DNA from: Nitrosopumilus sp.
Lineage (GTDB): Archaea; Thermoproteota; Nitrososphaeria; Nitrososphaerales; Nitrosopumilaceae
NCBI GenBank assembly: GCA_965204345.1
Contig: OZ241981.1
Coordinates: forward strand, 1,728,001 to 1,792,000
DNA length: 64,000 nucleotides
Reading direction: 5' to 3'
The position numbers and the translations under genes were made by a program. The notes under the pieces were generated by a model. The model had not been told where the DNA came from. It did no database searches and saw nothing but the letters and a program-made list of their open reading frames with translations. This document shows positions 17,490-27,174 of the stretch, in pieces. The number at the start of each line of letters is the position of its first letter. Position 1 is the first letter of the stretch.

Positions 17490-18083
17490 TTGATTATGGC
17501 TTTATCTGGAATTATGGCATTGATTCCTTTTGTTGATATCTTCTTACATCCTATTATTCAGCTAATTGCGGTTTTGAGTGCGTTTGGAATTGGTCTGTTT
17601 CAGGGAATAGTCCTTGGCCGATCCATCCTCACAAGATTTCCACGACTCCAAAATCACGTTAAAACCGTATCTGTAACACTGTTCATTCTGTTTTTGATAA
17701 ATGCAATCCTGAGCGTTCCAAGATTTGCATCTCCTGAAAAAATCACACTAGCTAATCTGTCTGCAAATAACCCCGGCGAGGTCATGTCTTTGCTTTTCTT
17801 AATTTTTGGAATAAATACCGGATTTCTTACCGTCTTGGCAATCTCCGTTACTGTGACAACCTTTGTTGTATTGAAATTTACGAGTCTAAACAGAGTTGCC
17901 AAGGGGTTTGTCCTCTTCTTTAGTGCCCTTATCTTGATATTGACCGGTGTTAGCAGATTCACTGATCTTACTCCTAGTACTTTTGAAGTACTGCTGTACT
18001 TCCTTTACCAGTTAGGAATCACAATCGGTATTTTGGCGGGCACAATTAGAAAAATTAAACCAAAAAAATTGGATTTAAAGTAG
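17490..18083 (+). CDS. Multi-pass membrane protein
   Basis: About 5 hydrophobic segments, basic tail. Confidence 0.8.
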   Translation: MIMALSGIMALIPFVDIFLHPIIQLIAVLSAFGIGLFQGIVLGRSILTRFPRLQNHVKTVSVTLFILFLINAILSVPRFASPEKITLANLSANNPGEVMSLLFLIFGINTGFLTVLAISVTVTTFVVLKFTSLNRVAKGFVLFFSALILILTGVSRFTDLTPSTFEVLLYFLYQLGITIGILAGTIRKIKPKKLDLK

Positions 18084-18152
18084 TTTCAAACGTTTAAATC
18101 AGATTATTTTGACACTGATGTTGACATCGAATTCAAACCGTTCGGGGAACAA

Positions 18153-18181
18153 GCTGGCAGTCCATGCGTTGGACTGTCAGC
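18153..18181. other. GC-rich stem-loop between convergent genes
   Basis: GCTGGCAGTCCA-tgcgt-TGGACTGTCAGC, a 12-bp stem with one G-U pair on the + strand. Confidence 0.6.
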
Positions 18182-18197
18182 CCCATTTATTCAAAAT

Positions 18198-20012
18198 TTA
18201 ATTCAACGATGCAAGCGTGTTTACTTGCCCTCTGACGTAATCAAACCCTTCTTGCCAGAATTTTGGTTTTGTTATGTCAAATCCGTATTCTGAAAGCAGC
18301 TTTTCTGGTTTTTTAGATCCCCCCGCTGCAAGAATATTGATGTATGCCGGAACAAAGTCTCTTCCCTCTTTTTTATACCTCTGAAACAAAGACAATGCAA
18401 GCAAGTTGCCAAAGGAATACGCATAGCAGTAAAAGGGAGTGTGGTAAAAATGAGGAATACAGCTCCATTCTATTTGAAAATCTTCTGATAAATTCACCGA
18501 TGTGCCGAACTGTTCCTTGAGATTCTGTGAATATGTTTTTGATATTTCATCTATTGTGGTTCCATTTCCAATTTGTTTGTGAGCATCAATTTCAAAAATC
18601 GTAAAAAACGACTGTCTGAGAATTGTTGCATACAAATCATCTATCTTTTCAGACAGCATTATTTTTTTCTCATCATCTGAGATTTTATCTGATATGTTGT
18701 CATACAATAGCAATTCTGAAAAAGTTGATGCTGTTTCTGCTAATGGCAACGGTGCATCCTGTATTAGAATTGACCTGTCTTGCGCTGCCTGGCTGTGAAC
18801 TGCATGACCCAGTTCATGTGCTAGTGTGAAGACGTCCCTTGACTTGCCCGTAAAATTTACCAAGACATATGGTGTGATTTTTGGGGCAAGCGTGCTGCAA
18901 AACGCCCCGTCCCTTTTGCCCTGCCTTATCTCCGAGTCAATGTGATTCTCATCAAATACCTTTCTTGCATACTCTTCTAGCGTACTGCTAAATTTGCCTA
19001 GCGATTCAAAGACTAGATTGACTGACCTGTTATACGAGTAATTTTTTTCCTTGATGTTGGATGCTGCCGGTGCATACAGGTCATATCTGGCCAATTTTTT
19101 CATTTTTAGCATTTTTGCCTTTTGCATAAAAAATTTTTGAAAAACAGGTGCGTTTTTTTTGCAAGTCAAAAGCAGTGACTCTATTGTTTTATCATCCACG
19201 TCGTTTCCTATGTTTCTCATGGATATTGGCGATTTGTATCCCCTAATCTCAATGCCCTCGTCTTTCCAATTAAGGACAATGTTCTGATATATTTCCCCTA
19301 CGACGCCTTTGTTTTCTGAATATCTTGCAAGAATGGTTTTGTATGCCATCTTGCGGATCTTCGGATTTGTACTTCTAACATAATTTGTAAGTTCTTCCCT
19401 GGTCATTGATTTGACTTTGCTTCCAATTTTCATCTTGTACTCAAAGGAATTGGTTATTTTATCATACAATTTTACAAGTGCTGATATGCCAGTCACATCT
19501 AGCGTATTGATGATTCTCTCCTCTGGTTCGCTAAGTGCATATCTTGCAAACAATCTTTTGTGAGACAGGTACTCTGTAATCTCCCCTGCATCCTTCATGA
19601 GCCTTTTGGCATTTTTATCGTCAATCTGAGTTTTCCACCACAAGTCAAAAAACAAAATTTTGTTTGAAATTTCAGAGCCCAGTTTTGACATCCTCGTCAT
19701 CAGTGATGTTGCCTCATCTGATTGCGTATCTGCTGAATATGACAAAGAGGCATAACCTCCAATCTTACTCATATTTTCAGAAATTTTTTCAACCTGATGT
19801 AAAATACCCATAAATTGTTTTGATGATATTTTGGGATTTAGTTTTGATTTGATCTTTTCAAAGTTTGCAGCCTGTTTTTCTAACTCTTGAATTTGTTTTT
19901 GAAATGCAGGACTCTTTGGATTTTTGGACAATTCTCTCAGATCCCATTTTCCTAACTGGTATGATGCCATCTGGTTTTGCATCTTTGTAACTATTAAAAA
20001 ATGAATGCTCAC
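18198..20012 (-). CDS. pepF: M3-family oligoendopeptidase F
   Basis: WDLREL, GKRDGAFC, TLAHELGHAVH, AETASTFSE, IPHFYHTPFYCYAY. True start may be 19970-19982. Confidence 0.93.
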   Translation of the reverse strand: MSIHFLIVTKMQNQMASYQLGKWDLRELSKNPKSPAFQKQIQELEKQAANFEKIKSKLNPKISSKQFMGILHQVEKISENMSKIGGYASLSYSADTQSDEATSLMTRMSKLGSEISNKILFFDLWWKTQIDDKNAKRLMKDAGEITEYLSHKRLFARYALSEPEERIINTLDVTGISALVKLYDKITNSFEYKMKIGSKVKSMTREELTNYVRSTNPKIRKMAYKTILARYSENKGVVGEIYQNIVLNWKDEGIEIRGYKSPISMRNIGNDVDDKTIESLLLTCKKNAPVFQKFFMQKAKMLKMKKLARYDLYAPAASNIKEKNYSYNRSVNLVFESLGKFSSTLEEYARKVFDENHIDSEIRQGKRDGAFCSTLAPKITPYVLVNFTGKSRDVFTLAHELGHAVHSQAAQDRSILIQDAPLPLAETASTFSELLLYDNISDKISDDEKKIMLSEKIDDLYATILRQSFFTIFEIDAHKQIGNGTTIDEISKTYSQNLKEQFGTSVNLSEDFQIEWSCIPHFYHTPFYCYAYSFGNLLALSLFQRYKKEGRDFVPAYINILAAGGSKKPEKLLSEYGFDITKPKFWQEGFDYVRGQVNTLASLN

Positions 20013-20208
20013 CGTATCTTTTGTTAGCTAACATTTCAAAATTCCCCTTTCTCTGATCCTCGTATTTTTGAGTATGTTTTAGAAAATTGGGTCTTTTTTT
20101 CCACAAAATCTGTGTCTTATTCCTGTAATTTAGGCTCAAAAAATACCCAAAAAATCCTCAAATATATCGGTTCATATAGGAAATAAACGACGCAAAATTG
20201 GTCTTACT

Positions 20209-21141
20209 ATGGTCTTGGAAGTTGTTAATGCGGATTCGGCATGTGGTCGTTGTGGCAAAAATGCCATGTTGACTGATAATGTTACTGGGGAAAGATTTTG
20301 TGGAAAATGCGGTTATGTCATTACTGAGACGTTGCAAGACTCTGGTCCTGAATGGAGATCATTTTCAAAGGAAGGCGGAGCAGATCCTACTAGAACCGGA
20401 GCCCCCACGTCTCTTGCAATGCATGATAGAGGGCTTGCAACTATTATCAGTCCCATGAATAAAGACTCCTCTGGAAAGCCTCTTACTTCGACAATGAAGA
20501 GCACCATTGAAAGACTGCGAACATGGGACAGCAGAAGTAAAGTTAACGCATCCTCTGATAAAAATCTCAGGCAGGCATTAAGCGAACTATCTACACTAAA
20601 AGACAAGCTCTCGCTTTCTGATGCTGTAATTGAAAAGGCATCCTATATTTACCGAAAGGCATTAGAAAAGGGCCTGGTTAAGGGCCGTTCAATTTCTGCA
20701 TTGATTGCCGCATCTCTTTATGCCGCATGCCGGGACACTGAAACCCCCAGAACCCTAAAGGATGTCTCTGATGCTGGCAACATTAAGAAAAAAGATATTT
20801 CCAGATGCTATAGAATCTTACACCAAGAATTGGAACTAAAGATGCCCGTAGTTGATCCGGTCCAATGCGTTGCAAGAATTGCAAGCTCCATTGGAATCAC
20901 TGAGAAGACAAAGCGATTTGCAGTCAAAGTGCTAAAGGATGCTCAGGCACATGAGGAATCTGCAGGAAAAGACCCTATGGGATTGGCAGCGGCAGCACTA
21001 TACCTGTCTTGTGTAAAAAATGGTGAAGATAAAACTCAGCGTGATATTGCAGAGGCTGCAAATGTTACTGAGGTTACAATTAGGAATAGATACAAGGGTT
21101 TAAGATTAGACCAGAACATGGATATGATGGGAGGAAAGTGA
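20209..21141 (+). CDS. tfb: Transcription initiation factor IIB (TFB)
   Basis: Zn ribbon CGRC..CGKCG, GPEWRSF, cyclin repeats, VTEVTIRNRYK. Confidence 0.97.
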   Translation: MVLEVVNADSACGRCGKNAMLTDNVTGERFCGKCGYVITETLQDSGPEWRSFSKEGGADPTRTGAPTSLAMHDRGLATIISPMNKDSSGKPLTSTMKSTIERLRTWDSRSKVNASSDKNLRQALSELSTLKDKLSLSDAVIEKASYIYRKALEKGLVKGRSISALIAASLYAACRDTETPRTLKDVSDAGNIKKKDISRCYRILHQELELKMPVVDPVQCVARIASSIGITEKTKRFAVKVLKDAQAHEESAGKDPMGLAAAALYLSCVKNGEDKTQRDIAEAANVTEVTIRNRYKGLRLDQNMDMMGGK

Positions 21142-21145
21142 TGGT

Positions 21146-21706
21146 ATGACTCAAACAAAACCCGTTATCGCCATAGTTAACGTAGTGGCTTCTGCCACAA
21201 TAGAGCAAAAATTGGATCTTGTTGATATCACAAAAAAATTCCCCGCAGTCGAATACCATCCAGAGCAATTCCCTGGAGCTGTTTTCAGACTCAAGAATCC
21301 AAAAACTGCGACACTGCTTTTTGGCTCAGGAAAAATGGTCTGTACCGGTGCCAAATCCCAGGAACTGGCAGAGACTGCAGTGTTTGAGGTGGTCAAAATA
21401 CTACGAAAAGGCAAAATCAAGATCAAAAATGATCCCATAGTTTCAATACAAAATATTGTATCCTCAATTAATCTTGGAGGTAAAGTTAATCTGGAGCAAG
21501 CCGCAAGAACGCTTCCTAGAAGCATGTACGAGCCTGAACAATTCCCTGGACTGATTCACAGGATGCTTGATCCAAAAACTGTCATTCTAATTTTTGCATC
21601 TGGAAAGCTAGTCTGTGTTGGTGCAAAGTTAGAAAAAGACGTTCATCGCTCTGTAAATCAAATCCATGCCCTTCTTGAAGAAAAGGGCTTGATGGTTTAC
21701 AGCTAA
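21146..21706 (+). CDS. tbp: TATA-box binding protein
   Basis: NVVAS, YHPEQFPG, LFGSGKMVCTGAKS, YEPEQFPGL, IFASGKLVCVGAK. Confidence 0.97.
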   Translation: MTQTKPVIAIVNVVASATIEQKLDLVDITKKFPAVEYHPEQFPGAVFRLKNPKTATLLFGSGKMVCTGAKSQELAETAVFEVVKILRKGKIKIKNDPIVSIQNIVSSINLGGKVNLEQAARTLPRSMYEPEQFPGLIHRMLDPKTVILIFASGKLVCVGAKLEKDVHRSVNQIHALLEEKGLMVYS

Positions 21707-21739
21707 TCGTCTTGCTGAAAAATAATTTTTATAAAAATT

Positions 21740-22006
21740 TCAAGTAGTAGCTTGATAGTATTCCTTGTGGATGTAGCACCACTTCCAAATATCTTCTGGC
21801 ACTGCCTTGATTACCGGATGCCCTGTTTGCTCAAAATGTCTTCTTGCATGTTTTCCAATTGATGAATCACAGCATCCTACATGCCCACATGTTAGACACA
21901 TTCTAAGTGCAACTGTAGGCAGGTGTTCTTTTTCACACTCTTCACAGTTTTCTGTATTTTGAGATGTCTTGTCCTCTTGCGTAAAATGCTCACACTCTTC
22001 GGACAT
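21740..22006 (-). CDS. UBP-type zinc finger protein
   Basis: CEEC..LRMCLTCGHVGCCDSS..HARRHF..TGHP..WKWCY. Confidence 0.9.
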   Translation of the reverse strand: MSEECEHFTQEDKTSQNTENCEECEKEHLPTVALRMCLTCGHVGCCDSSIGKHARRHFEQTGHPVIKAVPEDIWKWCYIHKEYYQATT

Positions 22007-22007
22007 G

Positions 22008-22547
22008 TTAGTATTTTTTTAATGTGTCCTTGTATCTCTTTATTGAATTAATAATTACTATCTTGGATTCCTTGGCTGACTTCCAACCCATTATCTCCAC
22101 CTTCTTGCCTTCCAGGTCCTTGTATACTTGGAAAAAATGTGCAATTTCTGAACGATAATGATCCTCCACATCTGTAATATCTGTGGTATGTAGATGTCTT
22201 GGGTTGTTTGTTGCAACACAGATTATTTTGTCATCTAACTTTCCATCATCCCTCATTTGAAGCAGTCCTATCGGTCTTGCTTCAATTAAGATTCCAGGAT
22301 ATGTCGGATTTGTAACTAAAATTAATGCATCTAGCGGGTCCCCGTCATCTGATAATGTCTGTGGTATCAATCCATAATCTCCCGGATAGTGAAATGGAGA
22401 AAATAGCACCCTGTCTAGTCTCATCATGTTGTGCTTTTTATCGTATTCGTACTTGTTCATGGAGCCTTTTGGAATTTCTACGATGACATTGATGATTTCT
22501 GGAACATCACTGCCTGTTTCAATATCGTGCCAAAAATTCTTACTCAT
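22008..22547 (-). CDS. ppa: Inorganic pyrophosphatase (family I)
   Basis: EIPKGS.NKYEYD, YPGDYG.IPQTL..DGDPLD, DDKII, HFF..YKDLE. Confidence 0.97.
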   Translation of the reverse strand: MSKNFWHDIETGSDVPEIINVIVEIPKGSMNKYEYDKKHNMMRLDRVLFSPFHYPGDYGLIPQTLSDDGDPLDALILVTNPTYPGILIEARPIGLLQMRDDGKLDDKIICVATNNPRHLHTTDITDVEDHYRSEIAHFFQVYKDLEGKKVEIMGWKSAKESKIVIINSIKRYKDTLKKY

Positions 22548-23061
22548 TTTCTAGCTCTTCATCTGGATACAGAGTATATGAATTCTATGAAATTTTTTTG
22601 GATATGGTAAAATCCTTTATCCTTTTAGATAAACTGTACAAATAGGTGCAGTTTCCCTCTGTCTGAATAATTACAGCAGCCTCAAAAAAAAGTATCATGG
22701 GTGCTGATGGTTTATCACAAGCACTCCTGAATGTATATCATGGTGTCTCTTCTGCGTTGGAAAATACCTCTTTGGATTCTTTTTGGAGGAATGCTTTTTC
22801 AAACCTTCTGAAATTATTTCATATTGTGGGGTTCTTTTGGTGGCATTGTTATTGTTATTGTTGTTGCAGAAAATTATCTGTGACAAATGGTTGCTGAAAT
22901 GATAATGCTGGAATATTCTCCCAATTCCAGTACAAGGCAGGTTCAGATACTTGATGATAACAAAATTACCTGATGAAATTATGACTGGAGATTTTTAGAT
23001 GAATCTGAATTGTATGCCTTGGCTTCTAAAAAACAAAGAGACCTGCGTGATACTTTGATGA

Positions 23062-23496
23062 TTATGCTAGTTCATTGGTGGTATTTGGAATTACTTTGTA
23101 TATTTGTACTGTATAATCCCCTTCAAAGACATTGACAAATTCACCCGTGCTCGTATCTAAGCTTCTGACTCTGAATTTGTATTCGTATGATCCGTCTCCC
23201 TTGGTATCAACTTGTGCAAAGTGAACTGGATCTCCTTCTTTGTAAAACTGAATAATTACTGGATATCTTTCAGCAGTTTCTGCTGCCTCACCCCTGACTG
23301 TTCCCCACGGTAATGTGTTTTCCTGAGGAATACTCATTGTAGTCGTTGTTCTTTCTATGCTGATTTCATCATTAATTGGAGTAACTGTTACCTGGTTTGG
23401 TTCAGCAAAAGCATTTTCTGGAACCGTCATCATCATCATCATGCCAAAGACTGTCATAACTGATGCCATTAACAAAACGCTTGATTTTGCACTCAT
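23062..23496 (-). CDS. Hypothetical exported protein
   Basis: Signal peptide ending AFA, containing a (CAT)n Met run. Confidence 0.8.
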   Translation of the reverse strand: MSAKSSVLLMASVMTVFGMMMMMTVPENAFAEPNQVTVTPINDEISIERTTTTMSIPQENTLPWGTVRGEAAETAERYPVIIQFYKEGDPVHFAQVDTKGDGSYEYKFRVRSLDTSTGEFVNVFEGDYTVQIYKVIPNTTNELA

Positions 23497-23559
23497 TTTG
23501 TAATTTAACTTTCAAAGTAACTTATAAAATTTATTACTAATTTGTTCTAATTTCTGGAA

Positions 23560-23715
23560 TTATGGTAATTCCTCTTCTAAATCACAACATGCCTTGTGAA
23601 CCCATTGATCCTTGGAATTTTTTAGTATTTCCTTGCCTGTTTTGATGACATCTCCGCACTCTACACATTTTCCATTAAATCTTGCCTTCATGCTAACTGT
23701 TGTACTTTGCTCCAT
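23560..23715 (-). CDS. Small Cys/His zinc-finger protein (51 aa; below ORF-track cutoff)
   Basis: MEQSTTVSMKARFNGKCVECGDVIKTGKEILKNSKDQWVHKACCDLEEELP; CxxC...HxxC. Confidence 0.75.
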   Translation of the reverse strand: MEQSTTVSMKARFNGKCVECGDVIKTGKEILKNSKDQWVHKACCDLEEELP

Positions 23716-23810
23716 TTAACTAAATCTTTTTAGCTTTTTTGCTATTTTTTTTGGCTATGCCTTGTGTTTTTCAGATAGTATTTAATGACATGTGATCATA
23801 CTACAAGACA

Positions 23811-24494
23811 ATGGATTCTGTAGATATTATAGATGATGTCAATGCATTGCTGAAGCTTGGCGTTGGCGATGTATATCGATTAGAGCACATCAAGCAGGCA
23901 TATGTTCAAAATAAAACAATTTGGGTTACTGATGAGAATTATCTGACTCGACTGCGTGAAAAATATCTCCTAAAACATCAATCAGAGGATGCAGCAGACA
24001 AGAGTGAATCTGAAAATAAAGAGATAATTCATTGTTGGAAATGTGGGAAGAAAGGGCCGCTGAGTGCTACTTTTTGTATGGTTTGTGGTACTTTGTTGTT
24101 TGAAGTAGGTACCAAATCCAAAGTTTCTCCTGATTCTAAAACACCTGATAAACCTCGTCCTAAAAAACCTAAGAGATCGATTTCATTAAAAATTCCGGTT
24201 CTAATTGCAATACCTGTCTTAGTTTTGATAGTTCTTGGAGCTGGATACACTCAGGGATATTTTGATAATGTTATGAGTGGTTCCTCTTCTGCACCTGTGA
24301 AAACCACTCCTGTTGTTAATGAGGTGATTTCATCTGGCGAAACTGATTCAAGGTGTGGCCCTGGCACCGTTTATGACTCTGAATCCAACTCTTGTGTCCT
24401 GGGAACTTCTGTAAGTGCTGCTGGCGAAACTGATTCAAGGTGTGGCCCTGGCACCGTTTATGACTCTGAATCCAACTCTTGTGTCCTGGGATGA
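23811..24494 (+). CDS. Zinc-ribbon membrane protein with two C-terminal CGPGTVYD..SCVL repeats
   Basis: CWKCG..FCMVCG, one TM segment, duplicated Cys-containing motif. Confidence 0.85.
   Translation: MDSVDIIDDVNALLKLGVGDVYRLEHIKQAYVQNKTIWVTDENYLTRLREKYLLKHQSEDAADKSESENKEIIHCWKCGKKGPLSATFCMVCGTLLFEVGTKSKVSPDSKTPDKPRPKKPKRSISLKIPVLIAIPVLVLIVLGAGYTQGYFDNVMSGSSSAPVKTTPVVNEVISSGETDSRCGPGTVYDSESNSCVLGTSVSAAGETDSRCGPGTVYDSESNSCVLG
24334..24491 (+). repeat. Perfect 71-bp direct repeat x2 (24334-24404, 24421-24491)
   Basis: Identical DNA encoding GETDSRCGPGTVYDSESNSCVLG. Confidence 0.9.
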
Positions 24495-24635
24495 TCCTCT
24501 AGCCTTGAGTGCTTGTACAGCATAATCCAAACAATTTGTTTCTGTTTGGTTCTGCATGACGTTTTGGGTCCTTTAGAAAAACTAGATGTCTTGCTAGTCC
24601 AAAGATGACAATTCTCAGCAATTAAAGCTTTGAAC

Positions 24636-24914
24636 TTATTTCACTTCTTTTCTTTCCTTGAATTTTTCTTTGTACAGCCTGTTCCTTGGTTTTTGTCTTA
24701 TTCTAAAATTGCAACAAATACACCACCAGCCAAGTGAATTCTCTGTTGCAGGTGACCCGTCTTTTAGTCTTGCACCATTGTGATCTATCCACACATCACA
24801 TGTTTGGCATCTGCCCTGCCCTGAATCATATCGTCCTTTTCCCGCAGGTTTTTTTACCCTGAATTTTTTACAAATTTCCTTGCAAACTCTCTTTTGAATC
24901 TCCGCTGAAGACAC
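24636..24914 (-). CDS. Small basic Cys-rich (zinc-binding) hypothetical protein
   Basis: CKEIC..RY..GQ.RCQTCDVW..WCICC..R.R.KPRN. Confidence 0.8.
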   Translation of the reverse strand: MSSAEIQKRVCKEICKKFRVKKPAGKGRYDSGQGRCQTCDVWIDHNGARLKDGSPATENSLGWWCICCNFRIRQKPRNRLYKEKFKERKEVK

Positions 24915-24916
24915 TC

Positions 24917-26398
24917 TTATACGCTCACTGTTCCATGCTGATTTACAGAATTAACATTTGTGTGCCACTTTTTATGATATTCGTCCTTTAGGGTGTGAAT
25001 TGGAATCAGAGATTTTGCATCAGTGTTTTCCACAATATACTTGATCTGCTCCCCGTCTCCGTGCCCAGAAACGTGGATTTGGTGCCATTTATCCTCCCTT
25101 TTGAGCACACCAAAGTGTACAAACCAGTTTTTTACCTGGTCTTCTTTGGTTTCCATCTCAGTGTTAAACGGCTCAGTCAATGAGCGGATATAAGAAGATC
25201 CTTCGGCAGGCTTTACATCAATCAAATCTTGCAGTCTGAAATCTGAGCAGTAGAAAATGTATTGATTCTGCTTTTTCTGAATGTCTCTATAATCTACAGC
25301 ATTTGGATAGTCCAAAAATTCTCTTTGCCATAGTCTGTAATCTGCAAGCAGCTGTCGTTCTGAAAACAGGTCAATGTCCTTATCAATTAACCCCCAAGAG
25401 CCTCTCTGAATGTATATCTTGATGTTTTTGTCAGTTGGCCCGGGATATTTTCCCTTCAAATTTGGGGATTCATCAAATAATTTTAAGAGATATGCTTGCT
25501 TCATGTCAATTACCAAATCGCGATTTGTGTTTTTTGCTGCGATATAAAACGATAACAGCCTGTCCAAATCCCTAATTGGATAACCGACAATTGTCAGACT
25601 TTTAGTATCATTTACAATCCTTGAAATCTCGTCCTCTACATCATACTCTGTAATTGATGACGGTGCATCCACCCTGGTGCCCTCACATAGCAAAACATCC
25701 AAGTCAGACTCGGCACATCTTTGCACAAATTTCTCAGTTTCATCCTTTCGTCTTCCGTGGAATCTTAAATCTGCGGTATTTCCAATCGTACCTTCGGGGG
25801 TATTGAGAATAAATGCATGAACTCCTGGGATTGAATGGTCTACCGGAAGTGGTTCCACGCCAACAGAGTCAATGCTGAATTTTTTTCCAGATTGGAACAC
25901 TTTGATTTTTCTAGGGACTTTTACCCTGTCTTTTGTCGCTCTACTAATCCTGCCTTTTTTATTTTTGTAAACCTGAAATCTCTTTTTTGCAGTATGATAT
26001 TGGTCCGAACCAGTCTCATCAAAGTTTTGCATGATTAGTTTTGATTCCTCTGAGCAGTAAATTGGAATATCCTCTCTCAAATATGAAATGTATGCACAAT
26101 GATCTACATGGGCATGAGTTAACAGAACCGCATCAATTTCAGTCTCCTCATCCCCTCCAAAACCCATGTGTTTTGCATAATCCCGTCTGTACAGCCCCTT
26201 GATTTTAGGCAAAATTCCCAATTCAAAGAGATCATTGAGACTGTTTGATGTCCTAGGTTTCAGAAACTGTGAAAAAAATTTCTCTTCTTGAGAAAAAGAC
26301 ATTCCAAAATCCATGAAAATTTTTGTCCCCTTGCTTTCAACTAGGAACTTGTTTCCACCAATATCATTTACGCCACCATGAAAAGTAATGTCTGTCAT
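24917..26398 (-). CDS. MBL-fold metallo-hydrolase, RNase J / beta-CASP-like
   Basis: IGGNK, MDFG, THAHVDH, DHSIPG, ADLRFHG, CEGT, HVSGHG, LIPIHT. Confidence 0.9.
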   Translation of the reverse strand: MTDITFHGGVNDIGGNKFLVESKGTKIFMDFGMSFSQEEKFFSQFLKPRTSNSLNDLFELGILPKIKGLYRRDYAKHMGFGGDEETEIDAVLLTHAHVDHCAYISYLREDIPIYCSEESKLIMQNFDETGSDQYHTAKKRFQVYKNKKGRISRATKDRVKVPRKIKVFQSGKKFSIDSVGVEPLPVDHSIPGVHAFILNTPEGTIGNTADLRFHGRRKDETEKFVQRCAESDLDVLLCEGTRVDAPSSITEYDVEDEISRIVNDTKSLTIVGYPIRDLDRLLSFYIAAKNTNRDLVIDMKQAYLLKLFDESPNLKGKYPGPTDKNIKIYIQRGSWGLIDKDIDLFSERQLLADYRLWQREFLDYPNAVDYRDIQKKQNQYIFYCSDFRLQDLIDVKPAEGSSYIRSLTEPFNTEMETKEDQVKNWFVHFGVLKREDKWHQIHVSGHGDGEQIKYIVENTDAKSLIPIHTLKDEYHKKWHTNVNSVNQHGTVSV

Positions 26399-26941
26399 AT
26401 TTTTACATCCCCTGCATGTCTATAAAAAAAGGATCGTCGGCTTTTGACCTGAAATTTTGTCTTCTTACCTGCTTGCAGTGCCAATTTCGTAAAATTACCA
26501 CCAATGCCGAATTTCTCAGAGATCCTTGGCAAATAATGACTTTTTGCAAAAGAGACAAAAGCATGCACAAGGATGATTCCTGAATTTGCAACGGGCGGTT
26601 CATCTTGATATTGCCTTACAGATACAGGCAGAATTTCAATTCCCCAACCATGACAAATTTGAAGTTGATCCGTGATCTTCTTTGCCGTTGTTTTGTCTTG
26701 CTCGTCAGTTTTTGAGAGTTTTACTGGCCTGCCAAGAATTTTCAAAGTTTTTTCAATGACTATCCTTGGAGATAACCCTCTGACTTTTTTTGCTTCCTGT
26801 AGTGCCATGCCACATGGTGTTATGGAGGGTGCTTTGCCTCCAGGACAAGCTTTGAATCCAGAGGCAACTTTTGGTTTCTCTAAAATGTCAGTTACTGCAC
26901 AAGGGCCTGATGCCATTTTTTGAGTTTGTACTTGTTTCATA
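26395..26941 (-). CDS. Hypothetical protein, possibly a degenerate VWA-like fragment
   Basis: Overlaps the MBL start by 4 nt. TPCGMALQEAKK..RIVI...GRP...GIEILPVSV loosely resembles the C-half of a VWA domain; no MIDAS motif seen. Confidence 0.35.
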
Positions 26942-27174
26942 GCGTAATTTGGATTTGGAATTATTATATGGCATGTCAATACTATGCATACTTGGCATAC
27001 TATGATGGGAAGAATTTCAAAGGATTGCATGATTTCTGATAATTACAGACTATCATACCTTTTTTTATATTGACAAAAAATATTCGTCAGATAAAGGCTG
27101 CTTTCTTTGATTTATGCCTGATATCTTTTGCATTCTAATGTTTTACGAATAATAATAACCAAAAATACCCCTAA

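Noticed and set aside
22695-23060. 66-aa ORF ending CYCYCCC and antisense poly-Asn ORF
   Set aside because: Both arise from a TGT/TAT low-complexity tract; the region may be a gene relic but I cannot support a product.
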